Of a DNA stretch of 64,000 nt, positions 19,670 through 29,651 are shown piece after piece. The stretch's first letter is position 1. Every line of letters starts with the position of its first letter. This DNA is from Bacteroidales bacterium. GTDB taxonomy: Bacteria > Bacteroidota > Bacteroidia > Bacteroidales > DTU049. Both the position numbers and the translations under genes were made by a program. Under the pieces are notes generated by a model. It was not told the DNA's origin, searched no databases, and saw only the letters and a list, made by a program, of their open reading frames with translations. The stretch lies in assembly GCA_012520175.1 (NCBI GenBank), contig JAAYOU010000041.1:7630-71629 (forward strand), in the 5' to 3' direction.

Positions 19670-21329
19670 TTTTCTTAGTTTTAAATTTTTTATAATATGA
19701 TCTTCTAACAAAAATTGCAATCACTACAAAAAGGGTTAAAAGTAATAATCGCGCAAGATTTACAATTAGTCGGTTGGTTTTTAATTGTGCTATTTCTGAA
19801 GCATCTTGAGCTAAGTTTATTTGTTCTGTTATTCCTGTGTTTAATATTTTTCCAACAAAGCTTCCGTGGTCAAACTGCCACCCTTGTCCACTAAACAAGT
19901 TTTGAAAAGCAAAAATCCAGTCATTGTCTTTTGGTGTGAAAACTGCTCCCAGAAAAACTATTATTAGCAACAATGGTGTTACATATGCAATTATAAATTT
20001 AAAAATTTTAGGAACTTTTATATCTGCTCCTAAATTAATTTCTTTCCAACCCTTTTCTATTCCAAAACACCAAGCAAACAAAATACTTTCAAATGCAGCA
20101 AAAACAAATAAAGAAAAAGAGCCTGTCCAATAGTCATATTCATCAAAAACACCATTATTGAAAAATAAAACAGTTGGCAATCCAATAATAAAAACAATTA
20201 TACCAAAAGAAATTGCTGTCTTTTTCCTTGACCAGCCAAACTCGTCTTCAAGAAAACCCTGCACAGGCGTTCCCATTGCAAGAGACGATGTAATTCCCGC
20301 AAAAAACAGTAGCCCAAACCACATTACGCCAGCAAATGCTCCGATTATTGGTCCCCATTGAGTAAACAAATATGGTATTGTTTTAAAACCAAGTCCCAGA
20401 CCTCCAAAAGCTGCTAATTCTTTTAGCTGATCTATTCCTAAATATCCCACAGTTATAGGAATAATTATAGCTCCGCCTAAAACAACTTCTACAAACTCAT
20501 TTATTGTCCCAGCAGACATCGCATTTAGAGCAATATCATCTTTTCTTTTTAGATAAGAAGCATAGGCGTGAACGCAACCCATTCCAAGAGAAAGCGTGAA
20601 AAATATTTGACTTGCCGCAGCAAACCACACTTTTGGATCTAAAATGGATTTATAATCGGGTGTCCATAAAAAATTTAAGCCAACAGAACTGTCAAATAAT
20701 ACGCCATTTGAGCCAACTTTTAATGTTACCGCTCTTATCGCTAGCAATATTCCAAAAACAATCAATAGCGGCATCGCTATTTTTGCGACTTTTTCAATTC
20801 CGCCTTTCAAGCCTTTGCTTAAAATAAAAACATTTATAACTAGACATATTACAAAAAAAACAATGGGTTCGTATGGAATTAATGTTGCTGTGCCTATTGA
20901 AACATAATCATTAAAAACATTAACAACTTCTTGCTGGTTCATTCCATTAAAAGTTCCTCTTACGCTATGGAAAATATATGCAAGAGTCCAAGATTCCATA
21001 TAGCAATAGTAAGAGGCTATTCCAATATTGCTAAAAATTCCAAAAACTCCGACATATTTCCAAATTCGCCTCTTGTCCATGCTTTGCAACATAAGCGGAG
21101 CACTATGGAAACCTTTATTGCCACCATATCTACCAATGCTCCATTCTATCAACAAAAGAGGCAGCCCCAACACAACAAAACTTACCAAATACGGAATAAT
21201 AAAGGCTCCTCCACCATTTTGTATGGCTTGAACAGGAAAACGTAAAAAATTACCAAATCCAACAGCATTACCTGCCATTGCAAGAATTAAGCCTGTCCGC
21301 GTTCCCCATGCTTGGCTTGTTTTATTCAT
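19662..21329 (-). CDS. Sodium-dependent transporter, neurotransmitter:sodium symporter (NSS/SNF) family
   Basis: 555 aa and polytopic. The N-terminal signature is WGTRTGLILAMAGNAVGFGNFLRFP. Confidence 0.9.
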   Translation of the reverse strand: MNKTSQAWGTRTGLILAMAGNAVGFGNFLRFPVQAIQNGGGAFIIPYLVSFVVLGLPLLLIEWSIGRYGGNKGFHSAPLMLQSMDKRRIWKYVGVFGIFSNIGIASYYCYMESWTLAYIFHSVRGTFNGMNQQEVVNVFNDYVSIGTATLIPYEPIVFFVICLVINVFILSKGLKGGIEKVAKIAMPLLIVFGILLAIRAVTLKVGSNGVLFDSSVGLNFLWTPDYKSILDPKVWFAAASQIFFTLSLGMGCVHAYASYLKRKDDIALNAMSAGTINEFVEVVLGGAIIIPITVGYLGIDQLKELAAFGGLGLGFKTIPYLFTQWGPIIGAFAGVMWFGLLFFAGITSSLAMGTPVQGFLEDEFGWSRKKTAISFGIIVFIIGLPTVLFFNNGVFDEYDYWTGSFSLFVFAAFESILFAWCFGIEKGWKEINLGADIKVPKIFKFIIAYVTPLLLIIVFLGAVFTPKDNDWIFAFQNLFSGQGWQFDHGSFVGKILNTGITEQINLAQDASEIAQLKTNRLIVNLARLLLLTLFVVIAIFVRRSYYKKFKTKKNE

Positions 21330-22618
21330 AATTTTTTATTTATAAAGTTTTTCATTATCGGACAATTCATACATTTTTCTTTTTTGCAGTATTCATTGTA
21401 CAGCTCTATTATTCCTTGAGATTGCTTTGCGTTTTTTAATATAAATTTTCCTGACTGTACAAATATATTAATTATTTCATTTTTCTCCGCATTAATTAAA
21501 TTAATTATTTCTATGCTTTCTTTTAATTTGTTTTTTTTGTTTAAATATTGTGCATAAGCGAGTTTTAGCGGAATAACAGAATTTATAATAATTGTGTCTA
21601 AAGCCAATTTTCCTATAAATCCAGAACTCAAATATGGTGTTTCAAACTTGCAATGACTTGTCCAAAACTCAGATACAGGCTGTTTGAATATTTTATAACA
21701 ATCGCTTATGTTTTTTGCTAAAATAATTTTATTAAATAAATCTGGAATATTTTTTACAACTGCCGATAATTGTGCTATTCGCATTTCAGGTAAAGACGTG
21801 GGTCTTATTGGACTGTTTTTCCAAACAGATACATCTAAGGACAATAGCGAATATTTGTTTTTTATATGCGTAAATTCTTCACACAAAGATTGCTCATAAC
21901 TGTTTTTAAATTCTTTTTTGTTTTCTAAAAAACCTCCTTGCCCAAATAATATCGCCTCTATTGAAAAAACATCTCCTGCTCGCATCAGCATTTTCCACGA
22001 AATGGTGTTTGATAAATATTCAAATGGAACTTTATTATGCGGAAGACCAAATGCCACAGACACCGCTTTCCATGTTGTTTCTACCCAATCGTTGTTTTTT
22101 GAAAATATTTCTAAAATCAGATTTGTTTTTTTGCTAAATCTAACACGCGCTAATTTGTTTGCTATTCTTATAAAATCATTGTTTTCTATGCTTTTTAAGA
22201 TTTCAGAACATTTTATTTTTTTGTTTGTTGAAGATAAATTTGAAAAATATTTAATATACAAATTTTCTATTGTTTCTTTTGGTAGAACAATTGTTGGAAT
22301 AGTTTTGCCTTTTTTATAATAAATGGTTTTATTATTTACTAAAACTATATGCAAAATTATTTTTTCGTAAGCATCATCAGAATTGTGCTCATGCAAAAAC
22401 CAATCGCTACTTTGAAAGTGTATTTCCGAATTTCCTGCGTAAAATTTATTTTTTATTAAAATTTGCGTGTTTTCAAAATCAGGACCATCTTTGTTTCCAC
22501 TTGTTCCGGGATGTATTATTTCGCAATTTTCGCCAGAAGTAAGACTAAAGTACCGCCCTAAAAGACCTTTTTCCCATACATAATGAATAAATTTTTCTGG
22601 AATTTTGGGTTTTGGCAT
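21326..22618 (-). CDS. DUF2851 family protein
   Basis: 430 aa. The opening EKFIHYVWEKGLL and the C-terminal Cys cluster (CKKEKCMNCPI) match my memory of DUF2851. The gene overlaps the NSS gene start by 4 nt. Confidence 0.65.
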   Translation of the reverse strand: MPKPKIPEKFIHYVWEKGLLGRYFSLTSGENCEIIHPGTSGNKDGPDFENTQILIKNKFYAGNSEIHFQSSDWFLHEHNSDDAYEKIILHIVLVNNKTIYYKKGKTIPTIVLPKETIENLYIKYFSNLSSTNKKIKCSEILKSIENNDFIRIANKLARVRFSKKTNLILEIFSKNNDWVETTWKAVSVAFGLPHNKVPFEYLSNTISWKMLMRAGDVFSIEAILFGQGGFLENKKEFKNSYEQSLCEEFTHIKNKYSLLSLDVSVWKNSPIRPTSLPEMRIAQLSAVVKNIPDLFNKIILAKNISDCYKIFKQPVSEFWTSHCKFETPYLSSGFIGKLALDTIIINSVIPLKLAYAQYLNKKNKLKESIEIINLINAEKNEIINIFVQSGKFILKNAKQSQGIIELYNEYCKKEKCMNCPIMKNFINKKL

Positions 22619-22736
22619 GGTTTTTTGATTGTTTATTATTAGTGGTTCAAATATTTGTTTATTTTCTAATCATTTTTTAACCCATTAAAATAAGCATTTA
22701 TTTGAAAATTTTTATAAATTTGTAATAAAAAAGATT

Positions 22737-23123
22737 ATGAAAAAATTATTTACTTTGATTTCTCTTTTAATCTTTCTTGCTCCTGCAAGCATTATGGCTC
22801 AATCTGAAGAACAAATATTTGTTGTTGTAGATAAAATGCCAGAATTTAAAGGTGGAACGGCAGCTTTTAATAATTTTATAAGAACTAATCTGAAATACCC
22901 AGAAGAAGCTTTGAAAAATAAAATAGAAGGTGTTGTTATTGCTTCTTTTATCGTTGAAAAAGACGGAAGTGTTTCTAACCCAACAATAATTTCAAAAATC
23001 GGCTATGGTTGCGACACAGAGGTTATCAGATTAATTAATTCCATGCCAAAATGGATCCCTGGAACTAAAGATGGAAAAGCTGTTAGGGTAAAGCTCAGCA
23101 CTCCTTTTGAATTCAAATTATAG
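22737..23123 (+). CDS. TonB C-terminal-domain protein (energy transducer TonB family)
   Basis: 128 aa with a signal peptide, then VDKMPEFKGGTAAFNNFIRTNLKYPEEALKNKIEGVVIASFIVEKDGSVSN. This is a classic Bacteroidota TonB_C pattern. Confidence 0.8.
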   Translation: MKKLFTLISLLIFLAPASIMAQSEEQIFVVVDKMPEFKGGTAAFNNFIRTNLKYPEEALKNKIEGVVIASFIVEKDGSVSNPTIISKIGYGCDTEVIRLINSMPKWIPGTKDGKAVRVKLSTPFEFKL

Positions 23124-23150
23124 ATGCCTTTTCTTAAAATATTAGCAATA

Positions 23151-23178
23151 AAAAAACACCGTTTTTGCGGTGTTTTTT
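23151..23178. terminator. Bidirectional rho-independent terminator between convergent genes
   Basis: AAAAAACACCG / CGGTGTTTTTT hairpin with loop TTTTTG. An A-run lies on one side and a T-run on the other. It sits between the TonB-like gene (+) and the beta-barrel gene (-). Confidence 0.65.
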
Positions 23179-23213
23179 GTTTTTTTCTAAAAAATATTTT
23201 TTACATAATAGAA

Positions 23214-23879
23214 TTAAAAAGGAATAAAAGAAATTCCCACAGATACAGGTGTCATTTCTGGACCTTTTTTATCTTTAAACAGCGTTGAAAGACCATAATA
23301 TGCATATAAATTAAACATTTTATATCCAATACGAGCTGTTACGCCATATCTTAAAGGATTAATGTTTTCTATTTTGAATGTTTTTACTTTTGTGGTTGCG
23401 TCTGAATATTTCACATGATTATTCATCATATATCCAATTTTTCCGCCAATTGCAATACGAAAAACATTGTCCCTTTTGGTTTTAAAACGCAATTCTATTG
23501 GCAAATCAACAAAGGATAGTCCTATTTTATTCATTTTATATTCATTTTTTATTGGAACAAAATAGGTAACAGCATTACTGTCTCTATACATATTACAATC
23601 ATTATATGCATTATGCATGCCAATTCCCAAGCCTACAGCAAAGCTAAAATTGGTTTCTCCAAAAGGAAAATCTTTCATAAGGCTAACAGATGCACCTCTA
23701 TTAAATTTGGAAAAATTTGCAGAATCTGGTGTGCCAAGCCAAAAATCATTATATACATCTACCATAAGGCGATCTGCTTTTCCAAAACGATTTGATAATT
23801 GAACTTCTTCATCAATATCTTGTGCGAATATTGATAAAGAAAAAATAGCAAATAAAGAAAAAATAATAGTCTTTTTCAT
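23214..23879 (-). CDS. Outer-membrane beta-barrel (porin-family) protein
   Basis: 221 aa with a signal peptide (IFSLFAIFSLSIFAQ), alternating hydrophobic beta-strand pattern and a C-terminal ...VGISFIPF aromatic terminus. Confidence 0.7.
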   Translation of the reverse strand: MKKTIIFSLFAIFSLSIFAQDIDEEVQLSNRFGKADRLMVDVYNDFWLGTPDSANFSKFNRGASVSLMKDFPFGETNFSFAVGLGIGMHNAYNDCNMYRDSNAVTYFVPIKNEYKMNKIGLSFVDLPIELRFKTKRDNVFRIAIGGKIGYMMNNHVKYSDATTKVKTFKIENINPLRYGVTARIGYKMFNLYAYYGLSTLFKDKKGPEMTPVSVGISFIPF

Positions 23880-24016
23880 AATCTTTTTTTACAAAAATAT
23901 GCTTTTTTATTGAATTTTCAGCATTAATTTTCTAAAATATGTAAAAAATCTCTTTCTTATTTTTATTTTTTTAAAAACAAAATCTTAACTTTGGAAAAAT
24001 ATTTAAACATAAAAAC

Positions 24017-25417
24017 ATGGAGCTTTTTGAAAAACAAGTTTATATTTCTCGCAGAAAAAAACTAATACAAAAAGGATTAAAAGGCATTGCTCTGTTTATT
24101 GGAAACACTGAATCGCCCATGAATTATCCTTCTAACGGATACCATTTTCGTCAAGATAGCAATTTTTCATACTTTTTTGGGCTTGATATACCAAATATGA
24201 TTGGTGTTATTGATTTTGATGAAGGCAAAGAAATTATTTTTGCAAACGATGTTGATATTGATGATATTATTTGGATGGGTCCTCAACCCTCTATAAAAGA
24301 ATTAGCTGCAAAAGTTGGTGTCGAGCTATCTTTTTCTTTAAATGAATTTGAAAATTATATTTCAAAAGTTAAAAATCAAAATAGAAAAATTCATTTCACT
24401 CCGCCTTATAGAGCAGAAAGCAAAATAATGATTAATTCTTGGCTTGGAATTAATTTTCAAAATATGAAAAGTGCTGCAAGCGTTGAGCTAATAAAAGCTA
24501 TTGTGGATTTACGCTCTGTAAAAGAACCTTGCGAAATTGATGAATTAGAAATTGCGGCAAAAATTGGTTATGAAATGCACATGGCTGCATTTAAACATGC
24601 AAAATCCGGCGTTAAAGAGCAAGAAATTTATGGTATAATGGAAGGAATTTCTTATATGTATGGCAAAGGTCCTTCTTTTCCGATAATTCTGTCAATTCAT
24701 GGCGAAACATTGCACAACCATAATCACTCTAATATTCTTAAAAACGGCGATTTGCTTCTTGTTGACGCTGGTGCTCAAAATAATAAATATTATTCATCTG
24801 ATTACACACGAACAATGCCTGTTGATGGCATTTTTAGCGAAAAACAAAAAAATATTTATCAAATTGTTTTAGACGCAAACAACAAAGCTTTATCCTTAGC
24901 AAAACCTGAAGTTACATATCAAAGCATACATCTTGATGTTTGTAAAGTTATTACAGATGGGTTAAAGCAAGTTGGACTAATGAAAGGCGATACAAATGAA
25001 GCTGTTGCTGCAGGAGCGCATGCTTTGTTTTTACCTCATGGGCTTGGACACATGATGGGACTTGATGTTCATGATATGGAAGATTTTGGAGAAGATTATG
25101 TTGGCTATGACGACGATGTTAAAAGAATAAATCAATTCGGAACTTCATCTCTCAGAATGGGACGCAGATTAAAACCCGGATTTGTTGTTACAGACGAGCC
25201 CGGCATTTATTTTATTCCAGAACTAATTGATAAATGGAAATCTGAAAAACTTTTTGAGGAATTTATCAATTACAATGAGCTTGAAAAATATCGCGATTTT
25301 GGTGGTATCCGCCTTGAAGACGATATCCTTGTAACTGAAACAGGAGCTCGCTTTCTAGGAGGAAAAAGATTACCAATTACCATTGAAGAAGTTGAAGAAA
25401 TAATTAAAAATAACTAA
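24017..25417 (+). CDS. Xaa-Pro aminopeptidase (M24B, aminopeptidase P family)
   Basis: 466 aa with metal-ligand motifs LLLVDAGAQ...YSSDYTRT, HGLGHMMGLDVHD, DEPGIY and IRLEDD. Confidence 0.88.
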   Translation: MELFEKQVYISRRKKLIQKGLKGIALFIGNTESPMNYPSNGYHFRQDSNFSYFFGLDIPNMIGVIDFDEGKEIIFANDVDIDDIIWMGPQPSIKELAAKVGVELSFSLNEFENYISKVKNQNRKIHFTPPYRAESKIMINSWLGINFQNMKSAASVELIKAIVDLRSVKEPCEIDELEIAAKIGYEMHMAAFKHAKSGVKEQEIYGIMEGISYMYGKGPSFPIILSIHGETLHNHNHSNILKNGDLLLVDAGAQNNKYYSSDYTRTMPVDGIFSEKQKNIYQIVLDANNKALSLAKPEVTYQSIHLDVCKVITDGLKQVGLMKGDTNEAVAAGAHALFLPHGLGHMMGLDVHDMEDFGEDYVGYDDDVKRINQFGTSSLRMGRRLKPGFVVTDEPGIYFIPELIDKWKSEKLFEEFINYNELEKYRDFGGIRLEDDILVTETGARFLGGKRLPITIEEVEEIIKNN

Positions 25418-25423
25418 AAAATT

Positions 25424-26083
25424 ATGTTTAGTGGAATAGTAGAATCTCTTGGCGAGATTGTTAAAGTAAGCAAAGAAGGTAGCAATATTCATTTTACAGT
25501 AAAAGCCGATATTGCATCAAAACTGAAAGTTGACCAAAGTGTTTCTCTCGACGGTGTTTGCTTAACCGTTGTAAAAGTAAACAAAAAAGAAAAGAAATAC
25601 GTTGTTACAGCTATTGAAGAAACGCTCAACAAAACATGTTTGCGTATTTGGGAAAAAGGATACCTTGTAAACCTAGAGCGTAGCATGAAAGCTGATGGTA
25701 GATTTGACGGACATATTGTTCAAGGTCATGTTGACCAAACTGCCACCTGTTATAAAGTAGAAACTTTTGACGGAAGCTGGAAGTATTTTTTCAAATACGA
25801 CCCTAAAAAAAATAATTTTACAGTAAAAAAAGGTTCTATTTGTGTAAATGGAGTAAGCTTAACTGTGGTTGATAGCGAATACGACATGTTTTCCGTTGCA
25901 ATAATTCCTTATACTTACGAAAACACAAATTTTCACAAAATCAAGGAAGGAACTATTGTTAACATAGAATTTGATATTATTGGAAAATACATGCAAAAAT
26001 TAATGGAATTGTATTTTGTACAAGAAAAACCTGTTGCTATAAAACCTCAAAAAAAACAACAAAGCAAATCAACAAAAAAATAA
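25424..26083 (+). CDS. ribE: Riboflavin synthase (alpha chain)
   Basis: Opens MFSGIVE and has two lumazine-binding repeats (SLDGVCLTVV and CVNGVSLTVV). Confidence 0.92.
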   Translation: MFSGIVESLGEIVKVSKEGSNIHFTVKADIASKLKVDQSVSLDGVCLTVVKVNKKEKKYVVTAIEETLNKTCLRIWEKGYLVNLERSMKADGRFDGHIVQGHVDQTATCYKVETFDGSWKYFFKYDPKKNNFTVKKGSICVNGVSLTVVDSEYDMFSVAIIPYTYENTNFHKIKEGTIVNIEFDIIGKYMQKLMELYFVQEKPVAIKPQKKQQSKSTKK

Positions 26084-26107
26084 TTTTTTCTTGTTTAAAT
26101 TGCAAAT

Positions 26108-26144
26108 AAAAAAAGAGAAATAATTAAAAACTATCTCTCTTTTT
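26108..26144. terminator. Probable bidirectional terminator between ribE and the biotin-carrier gene
   Basis: Imperfect hairpin AAAAGAGAAATA / TATCTCTCTTTT with one mismatch and a 9-nt loop. It is flanked by A and T runs, in a convergent gene arrangement. Confidence 0.45.
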
Positions 26145-26162
26145 AAATTTATTTTTTTCTGG

Positions 26163-26525
26163 TTATTCAAATTCTATCATTAAGAAATTTTTAGGGATTT
26201 TATCCCCTTTTTTAACGTCTATTTTCTTTACTTTTCCATTAATTGGAGCAGTGATCTTATTTTGCATTTTCATTGCTTCTAGCACAAGCAAAACGCTATT
26301 TTCATCAACATCTTCTCCAACCTCAACTAAAATGTCCGTAATTGTTCCAGGAATAGCAGAATAAACAAACTTTGGATTAACAGGAGAATATGGCTTTCGG
26401 GCTAAATACTTTTTTGAGAAAAGAGTTTTGAAATTACCTTCTCCACTATTAAAATTTTCATATTTTACCTTTTCAACACTATTCTCTTCGCTTGATTTTT
26501 TTGTTTTTTTAGATATTATTTTCAT
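26163..26525 (-). CDS. Biotin carboxyl carrier (biotinyl domain) subunit of the methylmalonyl-CoA decarboxylase or acyl-CoA carboxylase type
   Basis: 120 aa. The C-terminal biotinyl domain carries the EAMKM biotin-attachment motif. The gene lies directly downstream of the carboxyltransferase gene. Confidence 0.85.
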   Translation of the reverse strand: MKIISKKTKKSSEENSVEKVKYENFNSGEGNFKTLFSKKYLARKPYSPVNPKFVYSAIPGTITDILVEVGEDVDENSVLLVLEAMKMQNKITAPINGKVKKIDVKKGDKIPKNFLMIEFE

Positions 26526-26540
26526 AATTCAAATTTTAAA

Positions 26541-28085
26541 TTAAAATGGAGGAATTCCATGTTTTTTCTCTGGACGAATAACTTCTTTTTGTGTAGAAAC
26601 GCCGAGAGCATGGGAAATAAATCGGCGAGTATCTGCTGGTTTTATAACAGCATCTACATAGCCATAAGCTGCTGCAACATAAGGATTTGCAAATTTTTCT
26701 TTATACTCTTCGATTTTTTTCAACCGCATTTCTTCTGGATTTTCTGCAGTTTGAATTTCGTTTTTAAAGATAATATTTGCTGCTCCTTCTGGACCCATAA
26801 CAGCTATTTCCGCAGATGGCCAAGCAAAAACAAAATCGGCTTTTAAATGTCGTGAAGACATTGCAATATAGCCGCCACCATAAGCTTTTCTCAAAATAAT
26901 TGTAATTTTAGGTACAATTGCTTCGCTGTATGCGTAAAGAATTTTTGCTCCATGGCGAATAACACCGGCATGTTCTTGGTCAACACCTGGCAAATAGCCC
27001 GGAAGGTCAACTAATGTAATAATTGGAATATTAAAAGCATCACAGAATCTGATAAAACGAGCGGCTTTATCGCTGCTATCAACATCTAACACTCCGGCTA
27101 AAACAAGAGGCTGATTTGCAACAAAGCCAACAGTGTCCCCTTCAATTCTTGCAAATCCAATTACAATATTTGGAGCAAACAATTCCATAACTTCAAAAAA
27201 TTCGCTTCTATCAGAAAGAGCTTTAATAACCCTTCTAATATCATATGGTTGCCTTGGGTCAGATGGAATTATAGAGTTTATTCTGAAACTTTTGTCTGGC
27301 AAAGCAGGTTCAAAACGTTCTGCTCTTTTTAAATTATTCCACGGGATATACGAAAGGAGTTGTTTTATTTGATTAAAACATTCAAATTCGTTTCTTGCAA
27401 AGAAATGTGCATTTCCTGTAATCTCAGCATGAACTCTTGCTCCTCCGAGATCTTCCATAGAAATTTCTTCACCAAGAACTGTTTTTATTACCTCCGGACC
27501 CGTAATAAACATTTTTGAAATATTATCAACAACAAAAACAAAGTCGGTAAGAGCTGGAGAATAAACAGCACCACCAGCGCAAGGACCTAAAATTACTGAA
27601 ATTTGAGGAATAACTCCTGATGCTAACGTATTTCTATAAAAAATTTCGCCATATCCTGCTAATGAATTAACTCCTTCTTGAATACGAGCCCCACCTGAAT
27701 CGTTTATACCAATAAGAGGAACTCTCATTTTCAAAGCATGATCCATAATTTTTGTAATCTTCATTGCATGCATATAGCCTAAAGAACCTCCTGCAACAGT
27801 AAAGTCTTGTGCAAAAATACAAATCGGAAAACCATTTATTGTTCCTGTGCCAGTAACAACGCCATCTCCAGGCAAATGTTTTTTATCCATATCGAAATCT
27901 CTGCCTGCATGTTCCACAAACAAATCATATTCATGAAACGAATCAGGATCTAAAATTGCCAATATACGCTCGCGAGCTGTTAGTTTTCCCATAGCAACTT
28001 GCTTTGCTATAGCTTTAGTTCCTCCTCCCTGTTGTGCATCTTGCATGCGCTTTGCAAGGTCTTTTGATTTTGATCTAATTGACAT
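26541..28085 (-). CDS. Methylmalonyl-CoA carboxyltransferase / acyl-CoA carboxylase beta subunit
   Basis: 514 aa across a two-domain carboxyltransferase. Recognisable segments are GKLTARERI, FAQDFTVAGGSLG, GGARIQEG and ...AYGGGYIAM. Confidence 0.92.
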   Translation of the reverse strand: MSIRSKSKDLAKRMQDAQQGGGTKAIAKQVAMGKLTARERILAILDPDSFHEYDLFVEHAGRDFDMDKKHLPGDGVVTGTGTINGFPICIFAQDFTVAGGSLGYMHAMKITKIMDHALKMRVPLIGINDSGGARIQEGVNSLAGYGEIFYRNTLASGVIPQISVILGPCAGGAVYSPALTDFVFVVDNISKMFITGPEVIKTVLGEEISMEDLGGARVHAEITGNAHFFARNEFECFNQIKQLLSYIPWNNLKRAERFEPALPDKSFRINSIIPSDPRQPYDIRRVIKALSDRSEFFEVMELFAPNIVIGFARIEGDTVGFVANQPLVLAGVLDVDSSDKAARFIRFCDAFNIPIITLVDLPGYLPGVDQEHAGVIRHGAKILYAYSEAIVPKITIILRKAYGGGYIAMSSRHLKADFVFAWPSAEIAVMGPEGAANIIFKNEIQTAENPEEMRLKKIEEYKEKFANPYVAAAYGYVDAVIKPADTRRFISHALGVSTQKEVIRPEKKHGIPPF

Positions 28086-28371
28086 AAATAGTATTTTTTA
28101 TTTTACACTAATTTTACAAAATAATAAACAAAGTAAAGAATATTATTTACAATAAGATACTTTTTTGTACATTTTGTCATGCTGTCAATTTGTCGCTATT
28201 TTGGTTGAACTCGTTTCATATAGAGAAGAAACTAACGTTTTTTTAGAAAAATATTTAACATTTGTTAACTAAAATTTATATTTTTTTAACTTATTTTTGC
28301 GTTAAAAGTTTAAATGTTTTTAGTTGCTTTTAACAAAATCTTGTATTTTCGCATTTTAAATCATAAATATT

Positions 28372-29607
28372 ATGAAACAAAACATACTAAATAGATTTTT
28401 GCATTACGTTTCTTTTGATACACAAAGTGATCCAAATAGCAAAACAACTCCAAGCACAGCAAAACAATTGTTACTTGCAAAAGCTTTAGTATCGGAATTG
28501 AAAAATATCGGTGTGCCTGATGTTAAATTAGACGAAAAAGGTTACGTTATTGCAAAGATTCCATCAAATATGGATAAGGATGTGCCAACGGTAGGATTTA
28601 TTGCACACATGGATACATCGCCAGAAGTAAGCGGAAAAGACGTTAAACCACAAATTATAAATAATTATGACGGTGGCATTATTGTATTAAACAAAGAAAA
28701 AAATATTTCTATAGATCCAATAGAATTTCCGGAAATTCTTCGATATAAAGGAAATACAATAATTTGTACAGATGGAACAACTTTGCTTGGTGCAGACGAC
28801 AAAGCCGGCATTGCAGAAATCATAACAGCTGTTGAATATTTGTTGGAAAACCCTGTTATAAAACACGGAAATATAAATATTGCTTTTACTCCTGATGAAG
28901 AAATAGGACAAGGTGTTGATTTTTTTAATGTTGAAGATTTTAATGCCGATTTTGCATATACTGTTGATGGCGCTGGTCTTGGAGAACTAGAATACGAAAA
29001 TTTTAACGCAGCTAAAGCAAAAATTACAATTAACGGCAAAAATATTCACCCAGGATATGCAAAAAATAAAATGATAAATGCTTCATTAATGGCTACAGAA
29101 TTCATTTCTTTACTTCCTGTAAATGAACGACCAGAATTTACCGAAAAATATGAAGGGTTTTTTCATTTAGTTGGACTTAATTCAACAGTTGAAGAAGCAT
29201 CTCTTTTATATTTTATTAGAGACCACGATAAAGAATTATTTGAAAACAAGAAAAAACAAATTGTTGATGCTATAAATTTTTTAAATAAAAAGTATAATAA
29301 TTCCATTTTTTCTGCTGAAATAACTGACCAATACTACAATATGTGCGAAAAAATAAAAGATGTTTTTTATATTGTAGAAATAGCTATGAAAGCAATGGAA
29401 AATGTTGGTATTGAACCTATTATAAAGCCTATTAGAGGTGGCACAGATGGTAGTAGATTAAGTTTTATGGGACTTCCCTGCCCTAATATTTTCGCTGGCG
29501 GGCATAATTTACATAGCAAATATGAATTTGTGTCTCTTGAAACTATGGCTAAAGCAGTGCATACAATATTAAATATTATTGCTATTATATCTGAAAAAGA
29601 AAAATAA
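28372..29607 (+). CDS. pepT: Peptidase T (tripeptide aminopeptidase, M20B)
   Basis: RFLHYVSFDTQSD opening, followed by HMDTSPE, GADDKAGIAEI and FTPDEEIG metal-site motifs. Confidence 0.92.
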   Translation: MKQNILNRFLHYVSFDTQSDPNSKTTPSTAKQLLLAKALVSELKNIGVPDVKLDEKGYVIAKIPSNMDKDVPTVGFIAHMDTSPEVSGKDVKPQIINNYDGGIIVLNKEKNISIDPIEFPEILRYKGNTIICTDGTTLLGADDKAGIAEIITAVEYLLENPVIKHGNINIAFTPDEEIGQGVDFFNVEDFNADFAYTVDGAGLGELEYENFNAAKAKITINGKNIHPGYAKNKMINASLMATEFISLLPVNERPEFTEKYEGFFHLVGLNSTVEEASLLYFIRDHDKELFENKKKQIVDAINFLNKKYNNSIFSAEITDQYYNMCEKIKDVFYIVEIAMKAMENVGIEPIIKPIRGGTDGSRLSFMGLPCPNIFAGGHNLHSKYEFVSLETMAKAVHTILNIIAIISEKEK

Positions 29608-29651
29608 TAGTTTTAAATTTTTTTATCTGAAAAAAGATATATTTTTTCTTT

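Noticed and set aside
28255-28268. Palindrome TTAACATTTGTTAA upstream of pepT as a candidate operator
   Set aside because: It has only 6-bp arms made of A/T-rich sequence, in a region full of TTAAC-like strings. It is plausible by chance, and I cannot check conservation here.
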